From a virus (taxonomy: Duplodnaviria; Caudoviricetes): a stretch of 52,143 nt of DNA. The first letter of the stretch is position 1. Each line of letters opens with the position of its first letter. Position numbers and translations under genes: made by a program. Below are positions 28,414 to 37,230 of the stretch, one piece after another. The notes under the pieces are model-generated. The model searched no databases. It was not told where the DNA came from and saw only the letters and a program-made list of their open reading frames with translations. The DNA is taken from the IMG/VR virus record IMGVR_UViG_3300048851_000225, positions 1-52,143 of that record. One strand, 5' to 3'.

Positions 28414-28800
28414 TACCCCGCGCAAAAATTCGCAGTACTTCTGGCGTTCTTCCAACAACGGCAGGAGCCTGACCTTCGCCTCTTGGTAAAGGGCGTGCTG
28501 CTGCTCGCGAGTGAGGCGCGGGTTGCGGAAGACTTCAGCGCCGGCCGCAGCGTTTGCGATGTGCACGCCGACTGCAGCGCGATGCATGATGGGCAGCTCG
28601 TTCATGCACAGATCGACCTGCTCGCTTGTCTTGGCCGCGATCAGCAAGTCGACGTCTTCTGCGTCCGGGGGCGAGTCTGGAATGCAACCGCGAAACATCG
28701 GCGAGTCGCGTCGGAAATTCAGGAACTCGCGCCCTGCCCGCGCCCAGTGGTACCAGTCGGTCAGCAGGCCCTCAATCATGTCGCTCGTATCGTTGTTCAT
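28393..28800 (-). CDS. Q-like late antiterminator (possible upstream GTG start at 28944)
   Basis: IEGLL.DWYHW N-terminus, VD.CM.ELP..HRAAV; sits just before pR'/tR'. Confidence 0.65.
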   Translation of the reverse strand: MNNDTSDMIEGLLTDWYHWARAGREFLNFRRDSPMFRGCIPDSPPDAEDVDLLIAAKTSEQVDLCMNELPIMHRAAVGVHIANAAAGAEVFRNPRLTREQQHALYQEAKVRLLPLLEERQKYCEFLRGVLQRVAA

Positions 28801-28940
28801 CGCCTGCTTTCTCCCTATCCAAATTGCACCGAACGGGTCGGTCGTCACTGCGCCGCCCGGTCGGGCCGCCCTTCTTGCTGCCTGCTCTTCGCGCCGGATC
28901 AAGATCAGCAGCGGGTCCCGGTACCGGCCTGTCTCGTGGA

Positions 28941-29642
28941 TCACGGCATGCCCCGCAACGTCGCGAGGTCGACCACGGTGAAGTGACCGCCAGACAGCCA
29001 CCCTCCGGTATCGATGAAATGCACGTTCCCGAGCAAAACGGCATCCTTCAGCGGCGTGTGGCCGACGACCACAGCGAAGACGTCCGGCACGCCGTGGGTC
29101 TCGCGGCGGTCGATTCGGGCACGAGACCATTGCGCACTGTCGATGACGTGCTGTTGGCGGCCGCGGGTTTGCTCAACCCTCCCTTCAAGCGACGCCGTCA
29201 ATTCGGCCCAGGTGGGCGTCGGGCAATCCGCGTGCACGATGCCGACGATGCCTCGCGCCGTCTCGACCTCGATGGCAACGGGCAGCGTGGCGAGCGCATT
29301 GGACACCCGCACGCGCTCGCCGAACGTGCTGTCGACGTTCCATGCGCCACCGTTCGCCTTGTAGTTGCCGGTGTCCATGCGCCCCTGCGGGTACCGGATT
29401 GCCATGTCCTCATGGTTGCCCTGCACGGCGTGGAACCACGGGCGTGCGATCCATTCCAGCGCCTGGATCGACTCCGGGCCGCGGTCGACCAGGTCGCCGA
29501 CGCTGAACAGCCGATCGCCGGCCGCCGGATCGAAGCCGGCCGCGTCCAGCGCGGCTTGCAGCAGCGTGAAGTGGCCATGGATGTCGCCGACCGCGAAGTC
29601 GCGGCCGGCGCTGTTGCGCGCGAAGCGCTGCACGATGCTCAT
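28941..29642 (-). CDS. NinI-like Ser/Thr protein phosphatase
   Basis: GDIHG, GDLVDRG, GNHE, GHTP, IDTG; start MSIVQ at 29642. Confidence 0.92.
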   Translation of the reverse strand: MSIVQRFARNSAGRDFAVGDIHGHFTLLQAALDAAGFDPAAGDRLFSVGDLVDRGPESIQALEWIARPWFHAVQGNHEDMAIRYPQGRMDTGNYKANGGAWNVDSTFGERVRVSNALATLPVAIEVETARGIVGIVHADCPTPTWAELTASLEGRVEQTRGRQQHVIDSAQWSRARIDRRETHGVPDVFAVVVGHTPLKDAVLLGNVHFIDTGGWLSGGHFTVVDLATLRGMP

Positions 29643-29845
29643 CGCTGCCAAACTCGCTGCAGCGCGTACCAAAGCGTGGTCACGATCAGGGCGCAGAGCC
29701 AGAACACCGCGGGCATCCAGAACGGTGCCAGCACCCAGGTCCAAGACCAGTAGGCGACGATGCCGGCCGCAGCGAGCTTCAGTCCGATCAGCATCATGCA
29801 GAACGCCACCAGCACGATGAGGCAAATCAGCAGGGGATTCTTCAT
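29639..29845 (-). CDS. Small membrane protein
   Basis: LKL.G...WSW.WVLAPFW hydrophobic pattern; ATGA coupling. Confidence 0.7.
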   Translation of the reverse strand: MKNPLLICLIVLVAFCMMLIGLKLAAAGIVAYWSWTWVLAPFWMPAVFWLCALIVTTLWYALQRVWQR

Positions 29846-30000
29846 TCACGCACCTTCGAGATTTGAACGTTGGTCGTCAGCGCCACCAAGGCGCCTTGCG
29901 ATGCCGTCGCCCGGGCGAGCGCCGCGGCCATGGCCGGCGAGGTCTTCATCGGCGCCGTCTTCCAGTTGCGCGCCGCCGGCGCGGTTGCTTGGGGATTCAC
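29842..30000 (-). CDS. Hypothetical protein (52 aa, not in track)
   Basis: GTGA and ATGA overlaps on both sides. Confidence 0.5.
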   Translation of the reverse strand: MNPQATAPAARNWKTAPMKTSPAMAAALARATASQGALVALTTNVQISKVRE

Positions 30001-30173
30001 GCGCTTTGCTCCAAATCGACGCGAGCCTGCTTGACGATCGCCGCCGCTTGCTGCAACGCGGCCTTGCGCGCGTCGAGCGCGTACTGCTCCATCTGCTGCG
30101 GCGTGAAGTAGACGTTGCCGGTGGGCATGCGCTTCAGCGCGGGCTCGGGCAGCGCGGGAAGTTGGTCAGGCAT
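29997..30173 (-). CDS. Hypothetical protein (58 aa, not in track)
   Basis: MPDQLPALPEP...FTPQQMEQYA; GGAG SD. Confidence 0.6.
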   Translation of the reverse strand: MPDQLPALPEPALKRMPTGNVYFTPQQMEQYALDARKAALQQAAAIVKQARVDLEQSA

Positions 30174-30588
30174 TGCTCGTCTCCATGGTCATTCGGGTGG
30201 CGACAGGAATCTGCTCGCGCAGCCACTGTGCGAAGGTTTCCCAGCCGAGGGTGATCGTGTGGCGGCCGGCGACCGGCCAGGTGGTTGCGTTGATGTAGTA
30301 GGCGTCGAGCTGTACGCGGATCTCGCCGCGCGTCTGGCGGTAGATCAGCACCGGAACTTGCTGGCCAGCCTGCTCTTGTGCCTGACGCCACCATTCCGGC
30401 AAGCACAGCCTGGTAGCGTGTTTGCACTCGACGCTGATGCCTTGGAGCGCCGGGTCGTCGGCGATCACGTCGCTGTCAGCCTGATGCTGGCGCACACGCC
30501 GGCGCCACGGCGTGCCAGTGGCCTCGGTCAGCATGTTCGCCACCAAGCGCTCGAAGGTGACGCCCTTGTTGCGGGAAAGCGCGCTCAC
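30166..30588 (-). CDS. PD-(D/E)xK nuclease, Holliday-junction-resolvase-like
   Basis: SRNKG..FER.VA, SDV, SVECK, WW.QA..QA, PVLIYR; GTG start. Confidence 0.8.
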   Translation of the reverse strand: MSALSRNKGVTFERLVANMLTEATGTPWRRRVRQHQADSDVIADDPALQGISVECKHATRLCLPEWWRQAQEQAGQQVPVLIYRQTRGEIRVQLDAYYINATTWPVAGRHTITLGWETFAQWLREQIPVATRMTMETSNA

Positions 30589-30929
30589 TTGCAGCCCTCC
30601 GTCTTCAGCTTCGCAAGCAGGCCGGGCACCCACCACCGGACACAGCCGCCTCGGGCGTCGCGCTCGTCCCTCATCAGCGCGCCCGCACGGTGCAGTCGTT
30701 GCATGCGTGTGCGGACGATCGAAAGCGACTCACCGAGAATGATGGCGACGCGCGGGGTCAGAGCGCCGTACCGGGCGCAGGCGTCCTCGCGCTCCGCTGG
30801 AATGGACAGCACGTGCGAGCGAAGGGAGGAGTGAAAAGAGCCCAGGTCTTCGCGGCAGGCCTTCTCAGTCGCTTCGATCGTTGCCTGGTCGCGTACAGCG
30901 CGCTGTTCCTTCGAATTGATATCGCTCAC
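30585..30929 (-). CDS. Hypothetical protein, possible winged HTH
   Basis: TPRVAIILGESLSIVRTRMQRL; coupled to neighbours. Confidence 0.6.
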   Translation of the reverse strand: MSDINSKEQRAVRDQATIEATEKACREDLGSFHSSLRSHVLSIPAEREDACARYGALTPRVAIILGESLSIVRTRMQRLHRAGALMRDERDARGGCVRWWVPGLLAKLKTEGCK

Positions 30930-31117
30930 GAGGTCGCTTCCTTCAATGCTTCGATCGTCGCCGCGACCTGACTAGCCCCGGCCTGCCGCTCGATGTGCGC
31001 CAGCATGGCGTTCTGGTGCGAGCGCGACGGGCGCGCGGACCTCACCAGGCGGACGCAGCACGCGAGGCAGCCGGTGTCGTAGATGCTGGTGGTGGGTGTG
31101 CAGTTGCAGGCGTTCAT
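30926..31117 (-). CDS. Small Cys-rich hypothetical protein
   Basis: CNC..GCLACC.RLV.SARP; coupled to dnaB. Confidence 0.6.
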   Translation of the reverse strand: MNACNCTPTTSIYDTGCLACCVRLVRSARPSRSHQNAMLAHIERQAGASQVAATIEALKEATS

Positions 31118-32481
31118 TCTTGGAAACCTCGCGGCTTGCGCTGCGGCTCGGTGCGCGGTGTCGGCGCCCAGGCGTGCGACAGGCTTTCGAAGCGTGTCTG
31201 GTCGCCGATGTAGGCGAGCCGCACGCGGCCGGGTTCGCCCTGGCGGATCAGGCCGACGTTGATCTCGGCGGTGCCGCGGTGAGGGCTGTCGGAGTTGTAG
31301 ACCTCATCGCGGTACAGGAAGAGCGCCGCATCGCAGTCCTGCTCGATGGCGCCGGAGTCGCGCAGGTCGGACGGCATCGGCCGCTTGTCGGGCCGGCTCT
31401 CCAAGCTGCGGTTCAGCTGCGACAGCAGCAGGATGGCGATGTCGAGTTCCTTCGCCAGCGCCTTGAGGCCCCGCGTGATCGACTCGATCTGCGCATTGCG
31501 GTTGTCGCCCTCGCCGTTCATGAGCTGCAGGTAATCGATCACCAGCAGGTCCAGCCCGTGCTTGCGCTTCACCTGCCTGGCTTTCGTGCGCACGTCGAGC
31601 AGCGTCAGCCCGCCCTGGTCGTCCACCCACAGGTGCAGTTGGCGCAGCGCCTCGAGGCCGTCGGTGATCGACGCCCAGATCTCATCGCCGCCCTCGCCTT
31701 CCGGCGGGATCGTGTGGGCCTGCAGCAGGTAGCCCATCGGCACCTTGCCGAGGCTGGCGACGTTTCGCTGGTGGATCTGCTGCTTCGGCATTTCCATGGA
31801 CAACACCAGGGCATTGCCCTCGCGCGCGACGTGGTTCGCCACGTTGAAGGCGAATGCCGACTTGCCCATCTTCGGGCGCGCGGCGACCACGATCAGCTCG
31901 CCGCGGCGCATGCCTCCGGACATCTTGCGATCGAGGTCGTAGAAGCCAGTGCTGATCGCCTTCGGCGCCGTGCCGGCTGCCTGGGCCTCAAGGTTCTCGA
32001 TGAAGAACAGCAGCCCGTCAGCGGCCAGCTCGGGTTCGCTGCCGGTCTTCGATACGGCAAGCTTCTCCAGTTCCGTCTGCGCATGGTCGATCAGCGCGCT
32101 CGCCGGCTGGCCGATGCTCTCCCTCGCACGCTCGGCCAGATTTGCCGCCAAGTCGAGGATGCCGCGGCGCTGAGCGCGGTCACGGACGATCGTGGCGTAG
32201 TGCCCGATATTCGCGAAGCCCGGCGTGTTGCGCGACAGTTCGTTCAGGTACCGCAGCGTCTCCGGCGACCGACCGCCCATGCGGTCGAAGACGGTCAGCA
32301 CGTCAGCGGTACCACCCTCCCCGATGATCGCCAGCATCTGCGCGTACACCTGCCGGTTCTGCGGGCCGAAGAAGTGATGCGGCCACAGGTCGCCCATGTG
32401 CTCGATCGCGTTGTTGTTCAGGAGCAGCCCGCCCAGCACGGCTTGCTCCGCCTCGTTGGCGTGGATGGCAACGTCGTTCAT
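31114..32481 (-). CDS. dnaB: Replicative DNA helicase
   Basis: EQAVLGGLL, AARPKMGKS, IDYLQL, SQLNR, SDLRDSGAIEQD; start 32481. Confidence 0.95.
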   Translation of the reverse strand: MNDVAIHANEAEQAVLGGLLLNNNAIEHMGDLWPHHFFGPQNRQVYAQMLAIIGEGGTADVLTVFDRMGGRSPETLRYLNELSRNTPGFANIGHYATIVRDRAQRRGILDLAANLAERARESIGQPASALIDHAQTELEKLAVSKTGSEPELAADGLLFFIENLEAQAAGTAPKAISTGFYDLDRKMSGGMRRGELIVVAARPKMGKSAFAFNVANHVAREGNALVLSMEMPKQQIHQRNVASLGKVPMGYLLQAHTIPPEGEGGDEIWASITDGLEALRQLHLWVDDQGGLTLLDVRTKARQVKRKHGLDLLVIDYLQLMNGEGDNRNAQIESITRGLKALAKELDIAILLLSQLNRSLESRPDKRPMPSDLRDSGAIEQDCDAALFLYRDEVYNSDSPHRGTAEINVGLIRQGEPGRVRLAYIGDQTRFESLSHAWAPTPRTEPQRKPRGFQE

Positions 32482-33380
32482 GCTGTCGCTTCCTCGGCGT
32501 GGTAACGGCCCTCGCGGATCTTCGCGAAGTTCTCGGGTTTGCAAATCCACTCCAGGGACGCCAGGAACGGACGACGGTCACGGCCCTGGGTCCGGCCGCA
32601 CAGGAAGTCGGACTTGCCGACGTAGGTGAACAGCCGGCGCCAGTACTCGAGGTTCTGGTGCTTCGGGTTCTCCGCCCACCGAGCGCGCAGACTTGCAGCC
32701 CTGGCTGGCGTCCAGTCGCGAATCGCAGGCGAGGCGGGCAGAAGCTCGTGGTACAGGGCGATGATCTTCTGGTGCGGGCAGACAGAGCGATCAGTCGGCG
32801 GAGGCACCAGGTCGGCAGCAGTGCTGTCGACGAACAACCCGTCAGGGTTGTTAATGTCTTGCTCCTGTTCTTGTTCTTGCTCTTGCTCCTGTTCTTGCTC
32901 TTGGCTTCCAAGGGGCTTCGAAGAGGCTTCCGAGGGGCTTCCCTGGACGCTGTTTGCGCCCCTCTTCTTCGTCAGGTGGAACGGGCCTGCGTACCGCTCG
33001 AAGAACGGCATCAGGAAAGGGTTTTCGGGGATCGCGTCGTACTCGTTCTGCACCCCCTTGCACCGCTTGTCGCTTGCGCTCAGCTCGTCACCGATCTGGA
33101 ACCGGGCCATCTCGGGCACAAACACGACCTCCGAAGCCTCGTCGTAATGGCAGAACCCTGCTTCGATGGCCCTTTGAAGCCCCTTTGAAGCCCCTTCGAT
33201 GCCCAGGCCGGTCTCGTGCGCGATGTACATCTCCGGCAGGTAGTACATGCCGATCATGTTGGCGTGTGGTGACGTCATCAAGTACAACGCCACGACCTGC
33301 GCTTCCGCGCCGGCCTTGCGCAGCGCCTTGCCTGTCGCACCGATCCAGAATTGGGGGGAGACCTTCCCGTAATCACGCAT
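32478..33380 (-). CDS. Replication initiator protein
   Basis: MRDY.KV.PQFW, QEQEQE linker, EWICKPENFAKIREGRY; upstream of dnaB. Confidence 0.85.
   Translation of the reverse strand: MRDYGKVSPQFWIGATGKALRKAGAEAQVVALYLMTSPHANMIGMYYLPEMYIAHETGLGIEGASKGLQRAIEAGFCHYDEASEVVFVPEMARFQIGDELSASDKRCKGVQNEYDAIPENPFLMPFFERYAGPFHLTKKRGANSVQGSPSEASSKPLGSQEQEQEQEQEQEQEQDINNPDGLFVDSTAADLVPPPTDRSVCPHQKIIALYHELLPASPAIRDWTPARAASLRARWAENPKHQNLEYWRRLFTYVGKSDFLCGRTQGRDRRPFLASLEWICKPENFAKIREGRYHAEEATA
32857..32941 (-). repeat. (Q-E)n coding repeat plus 11-bp-period GAAGCCYCT repeats (candidate iterons)
   Basis: Plus-strand AGRGGCTTC at 32911, 32922, 32933; inverted copies GAAGCCCCT at 33176 and 33187. Confidence 0.6.
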
Positions 33381-33852
33381 CGCCGACCACCTGCTTCATG
33401 GGCTCGATCGCGCGCTGGTAGAACGACTCGATCTGGGGCGTCCACTGGTTCCGGGCGATCAGTTCGGCGCGCGTGCGGTCGACGTAGATCAGCTCCAGGC
33501 GGCGACGCTCATCCCGGTTGATGCCGGAGCGGTCATGGAACTCATGGGCGGCCGGCGACAGCGGAAAGCAGAGCGTGTCGCAGGCCTTCATGGCGCCGCC
33601 TTTGCTGAAGTTCGCGTGCGCGCATTGGCTGGAGCCCTCCAGACCCGTCACGAGGCACGGCAATGCCGCCACGTTGCGGCGATGCTGCTTGCTGCGCAGC
33701 ACGGTCGGCTCTTTCGGCACGACCTTGCGCACCAAGCCAAGGGCTTCGGCCAGGATCTGCCCCAGGCCCTTGGCGCGAGGCTCGCGGCGACGCGCTTTCA
33801 TTTGGCTGCCGCGGGCCAGCGGCGTCTTGCGGGTGATGGAGGAGCGGATCAT
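33373..33852 (-). CDS. DUF968/Ref-like nin-region protein
   Basis: RS..HRRNVAALPC...SQCAH.N..KG..MKACD..CFPL; start MIRSS at 33852. Confidence 0.65.
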   Translation of the reverse strand: MIRSSITRKTPLARGSQMKARRREPRAKGLGQILAEALGLVRKVVPKEPTVLRSKQHRRNVAALPCLVTGLEGSSQCAHANFSKGGAMKACDTLCFPLSPAAHEFHDRSGINRDERRRLELIYVDRTRAELIARNQWTPQIESFYQRAIEPMKQVVGDA

Positions 33853-34370
33853 TCGTCGAACCTCGACAGAACAGCATCCATGGCCTGGCCGGCGGCGATC
33901 GGCGACAGCGCCGGCCACAGGTACTTGCAGGCATGGGCGGACTTCAAGAACTCGATCGAGTCCTGATGGAATGCGCGCATCGTGTCCTCGTCGCACTCCT
34001 TGAAGCTGATGGTGCGCGGCACTGGGACGACGCCGCCTTTCGGACCGGGCATCCAGTTCACGAAGCCGGCGCCGAGCTTCAGCCAGTAACGGAACTGCTC
34101 GAAGGTCTTGATGCGCTCCTGCGCCTGGAATACCGACGACTCGATCTTCATGTGCCGGCGGTGAAAGCCGCCGTGGCGGGGAATCCACGTGTCGATCTGC
34201 AGGATCTCGCCGGAGCCGAGCTTGACGATGCGATTCCAGAACCGGCGCCAGCTCTTCTGGTCCTGCTCGGACAACCCGTCGATCATGTCGAACAGGGCCT
34301 CACGCAGCACCAGGCGCTTGGCGTCGCTGGGAAGCTCATCGGTGCGTTTCACGAGGGTGATGCCGCTCAT
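33849..34370 (-). CDS. DUF1367 family protein
   Basis: PRHGGFHRRH, FEQFR.WLK.GAG, PRTISF; start MSGIT at 34370. Confidence 0.75.
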   Translation of the reverse strand: MSGITLVKRTDELPSDAKRLVLREALFDMIDGLSEQDQKSWRRFWNRIVKLGSGEILQIDTWIPRHGGFHRRHMKIESSVFQAQERIKTFEQFRYWLKLGAGFVNWMPGPKGGVVPVPRTISFKECDEDTMRAFHQDSIEFLKSAHACKYLWPALSPIAAGQAMDAVLSRFDE

Positions 34371-34555
34371 GCTCGGCTCCCGCGCGGCAGACGGCCAGCC
34401 AGAAGCCGGTCGTGCGCAACGATGGCGCGAGCCTTCATCGCCAGGCCGCGGCGGCGCTCTTGGCTGGCGCTGCGGGCCAAGAAACGCTCGTAGACGCTCA
34501 TCGCGTTGAGGAAGCCGGCGGCGGCGCGCGCGGTGGCGTTCGTTGCGGCGGTCAT
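34367..34555 (-). CDS. Hypothetical protein (62 aa)
   Basis: ATGA-coupled on both sides. Confidence 0.55.
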   Translation of the reverse strand: MTAATNATARAAAGFLNAMSVYERFLARSASQERRRGLAMKARAIVAHDRLLAGRLPRGSRA

Positions 34556-34734
34556 GCTGCCACCTGCTGCAGCTCGACAACCAGTCGGTCGAACTCGGCT
34601 TGCCACGCGGCGTGCGCGTCGGTGCCAGCCGGCCAAGGATTGCCGATGGCGCCATTGCCCCAAACACCGCAGCGGGCGGCCTCGAGCGCGTGCAACGCGA
34701 TCGCGTCGCGGGAAGCGAAGATGTCAGCCATCAC
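34552..34734 (-). CDS. Hypothetical protein (60 aa)
   Basis: NPWPAGTDAHAAW; coupled to cII. Confidence 0.6.
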   Translation of the reverse strand: MMADIFASRDAIALHALEAARCGVWGNGAIGNPWPAGTDAHAAWQAEFDRLVVELQQVAA

Positions 34735-35174
34735 TCGGCCATCCCGTGCAAGCGCTCGGCCACCTCGGCCGCCGCGGTTTGCAGCACGATCAGCGCCTTG
34801 CCGATCAGCTTCATTTCCTCGTGGTCGACCTTGCCGTCGGCCAGCGCCATGTGGATCGCTGCCATGTACTGGCCGTTCGCCATGCCCAGGCTTACCACCT
34901 GCTCGAGCACGCTCATGTCAGATTCGATGATGTCAGCTGACGGCGCGCGCACCAGCAGAAAGCCCTCTTCGTGCGCCCAGGCGCGAAGCATCCGATCGTC
35001 GCCGGTCACGCTCACGATCTCGCGCGCCTCGGCGAACGTCAGGTGATGCGTGGCGGTATTCGGGTTCACCTTGCTGTTCAGCACGGCTTGCGAGATTCCC
35101 ACGCGCGGGCCAAGCGCAGCAGCCCCACCGGGGTACTCACGGACGGTCTTGCGAGCGGCATCGGTCGCGTTCAT
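34731..35174 (-). CDS. Phage regulatory CII-family protein
   Basis: YPGGAAALG..L.SKVNPN..THHLT..EA, ALADGKVD..E. Confidence 0.85.
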   Translation of the reverse strand: MNATDAARKTVREYPGGAAALGPRVGISQAVLNSKVNPNTATHHLTFAEAREIVSVTGDDRMLRAWAHEEGFLLVRAPSADIIESDMSVLEQVVSLGMANGQYMAAIHMALADGKVDHEEMKLIGKALIVLQTAAAEVAERLHGMAE

Positions 35175-35263
35175 TGGTTCACCTTTCGAACGTATTTCTT
35201 GACAGCAGCCACGCCTACGATTCGGGAATGGAAGTCCAACAACGAATCGAGGGAGGCAATGAA

Positions 35264-35476
35264 ATGAGCGACCTGCGCCGGCAGCTGGAGAACTTGGTCG
35301 ACGACGTGGACGAGGCCATGCGGACCCGCGATCGACTGCTGGCCGCGCGGCTGATTGCTCACGAGCAGATCAGCGGAGCCAGCGAGGAACTGGTGCTGGT
35401 CGTCTTCCGTGAGCTGTGCGCCTTGCGCAACGTTTGGACGGACGACGGCCCCGGTGACGCGGAGACGCTGCACTGA
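35264..35476 (+). CDS. Hypothetical protein (70 aa), antisense between cro and cII
   Basis: GGGAGG SD upstream; fills the cro-cII gap and stops next to the cro stop. Confidence 0.55.
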   Translation: MSDLRRQLENLVDDVDEAMRTRDRLLAARLIAHEQISGASEELVLVVFRELCALRNVWTDDGPGDAETLH

Positions 35477-35477
35477 G

Positions 35478-35705
35478 TCACGCATGCGCGGGTTCCGTCG
35501 GCGTCGCTTCGCACGAGTAGATTTCGTCGAAGGTCACGACGTGACCAAGCGTCTTTGCGTACGCAATGATCTGGGCCGCCACATCCGGCGGGATCGTCTG
35601 CCCACGCTCGTAGTGCGAGACGTTGGACTGGCTGACACCGATTGCAGATGCCAGGACCGCTTGGGTCGCGCCCAACCGGCTGCGAATGCGAGATAGGTTG
35701 TTCAT
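35478..35705 (-). CDS. cro: Cro-like repressor
   Basis: IRSRLGATQAVLASAIGVSQSNVSHYERG HTH, divergent from cI. Confidence 0.85.
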   Translation of the reverse strand: MNNLSRIRSRLGATQAVLASAIGVSQSNVSHYERGQTIPPDVAAQIIAYAKTLGHVVTFDEIYSCEATPTEPAHA

Positions 35706-35711
35706 GAGCAA

Positions 35712-35781
35712 ATATTAGTCCGACTGATTCGTCTAGTCAACAGTCCGACTGGTTGCTAATAATTAGCGGTACTCATAAATT
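35712..35781. promoter_or_regulatory. OR operators with pR and pRM
   Basis: 15-bp sites ATTAGTCCGACTGAT (35714), AACAGTCCGACTGGT (35739), ATTAGCGGTACTCAT (35762); pR TTGACT-17-TAATAT (minus); pRM TTGCTA-17-TAAATT (plus). Confidence 0.85.
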
Positions 35782-35787
35782 GCGCGG

Positions 35788-36792
35788 ATGCCTGCCCTTC
35801 CCTTGAACCAAGAACAAAAAGCCGACGCGGAGCGTCTCAAAGTCCTTTTCAAGCGCTGGCAACAGCTGCGGAAGGATGCCGGTCAGCCTGCATCGCAGGA
35901 CGCGGTGGCACCGCTATTCGGATTTGGGCAAAGCGCACTGAGCCAGTACCTCAATGGGGCAATCCCGCTCAACGTGGACGCGCTGACCAAGTTCGCCGAA
36001 TTGTTGGGCTGTGCGCCGGAGGACATCAGTCCTGAGCTGGCAAAGACCATCGGTCGCTATGCGATCTACACACCCACGCCGAAGCAAGGATTTGCCGTCG
36101 CAGACGAAGGTGCGGTGTATGGCGGACGCAAGTCCGCTGGCAAGGAGCGCGGAACGCTTCCGTGGCCCTTCCCTCGCATTCCAGAATCGCAATTGCGCGA
36201 GCTGCCGCCCGCCGACCTGGCTCGCGTTGAAGGCGCCTTGGCGCTTGCAATGGCGCAGTTGGGGCTCGGGGTGCAGGTAACGCCCGTCCTGCTGGCCGCT
36301 GAAGCCCAGGCACCAGCTTCTGTCCGCTCGCAACAGCCCGGCGACGTGTTGCCGCCTGGAGCAGCCGCCAACGATGACTACATCGAGATCAATCAGTACG
36401 ACGTGCGCTTTGCTGCTGGCGAGGGCACGCTCGCATTCGAGGCCAACCCGCGAAACAAGCTGGCGTTCCGCCGGTCATTCTTGCGCGCCGAGCGCCTGCG
36501 CGCGAAGAATCTCATCGTCGTCTATGCACAGGGCGATTCGATGGAACCGGTCGTCCCTCACCGGGCGGCGCTGCTGATCGACCGAGGCGCGCGCGACCTT
36601 GAGGATGGGGCGAACGGGAAGATTTTCGGCTTCCGCCTAGACGGCGAGCTGCGCGTGAAGCGCCTGGAGCGCCTGAACGACGGCAGCATCTGCGCGCACT
36701 CGTTCAATCCCGCGTACAAGCCGATCCACCTGGACGGCAGCAAGGACTTCGAGATCATCGGGCGCGTGGTGTGGATGGGGACTAGGCTGTGA
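35788..36792 (+). CDS. cI: CI repressor, HTH + S24 peptidase (334 aa)
   Basis: GQSALSQYLNG HTH; AAG cleavage site; GDSMEP Ser; VKRL Lys. Confidence 0.93.
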   Translation: MPALPLNQEQKADAERLKVLFKRWQQLRKDAGQPASQDAVAPLFGFGQSALSQYLNGAIPLNVDALTKFAELLGCAPEDISPELAKTIGRYAIYTPTPKQGFAVADEGAVYGGRKSAGKERGTLPWPFPRIPESQLRELPPADLARVEGALALAMAQLGLGVQVTPVLLAAEAQAPASVRSQQPGDVLPPGAAANDDYIEINQYDVRFAAGEGTLAFEANPRNKLAFRRSFLRAERLRAKNLIVVYAQGDSMEPVVPHRAALLIDRGARDLEDGANGKIFGFRLDGELRVKRLERLNDGSICAHSFNPAYKPIHLDGSKDFEIIGRVVWMGTRL

Positions 36793-36804
36793 CCGCCTAG
36801 ATGT

Positions 36805-36832
36805 GAAAAAGCCACCCTAGGGTGGCTTTCTC
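36805..36832. terminator. Bidirectional terminator between cI and the HEPN gene
   Basis: GAAAAAGCCACCC-ta-GGGTGGCTTTCTC. Confidence 0.8.
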
Positions 36833-36846
36833 GTAAGGCCTCGTGG

Positions 36847-37230
36847 TCAAACGCGAACGAATTCAGCCATGTTAGCCGAGTCCATAAGAGATGATGCAGC
36901 CATAGCCTCAGGTACCGTCTGGTCAAGATGGTAGTCGGCCGTTGTGCGATCCGCCTTCATCTTCTTAAGCAAATAGCCGATCTGGCGCGACTTGATCTTG
37001 AGTTCAGGTCCTGCAACTGTCGGGTTAGCTAGCCGCTGTATCAACTCCTCATGCATCCCACTTTCACGTAGAACCAATCCAGGGGACGGTAGTGCGTCGT
37101 GGAAGTCTTTGGCACAGTGATAAGCGGCGTAGTACGACCTTCCGACAACAGCACGATAAAGCGCTTCACAATCTGCTCGCTCGAGGAGCGTAGCGGCCGT
37201 TGCTCGAATCTCAGATGGAGTGATGCTCAT
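36847..37230 (-). CDS. HEPN-domain protein (the track labels it +, but it reads on the minus strand)
   Basis: Reverse complement from 37230 gives ATG AGC ATC; motifs RAVVGRSYYAAYH, H.EL, RTTADY. Confidence 0.8.
   Translation of the reverse strand: MSITPSEIRATAATLLERADCEALYRAVVGRSYYAAYHCAKDFHDALPSPGLVLRESGMHEELIQRLANPTVAGPELKIKSRQIGYLLKKMKADRTTADYHLDQTVPEAMAASSLMDSANMAEFVRV

Noticed and set aside
36847-37230. Track strand label '+' for the 127-aa ORF
   Set aside because: The protein is encoded on the reverse complement (CAT at 37228-37230, TCA at 36847-36849)
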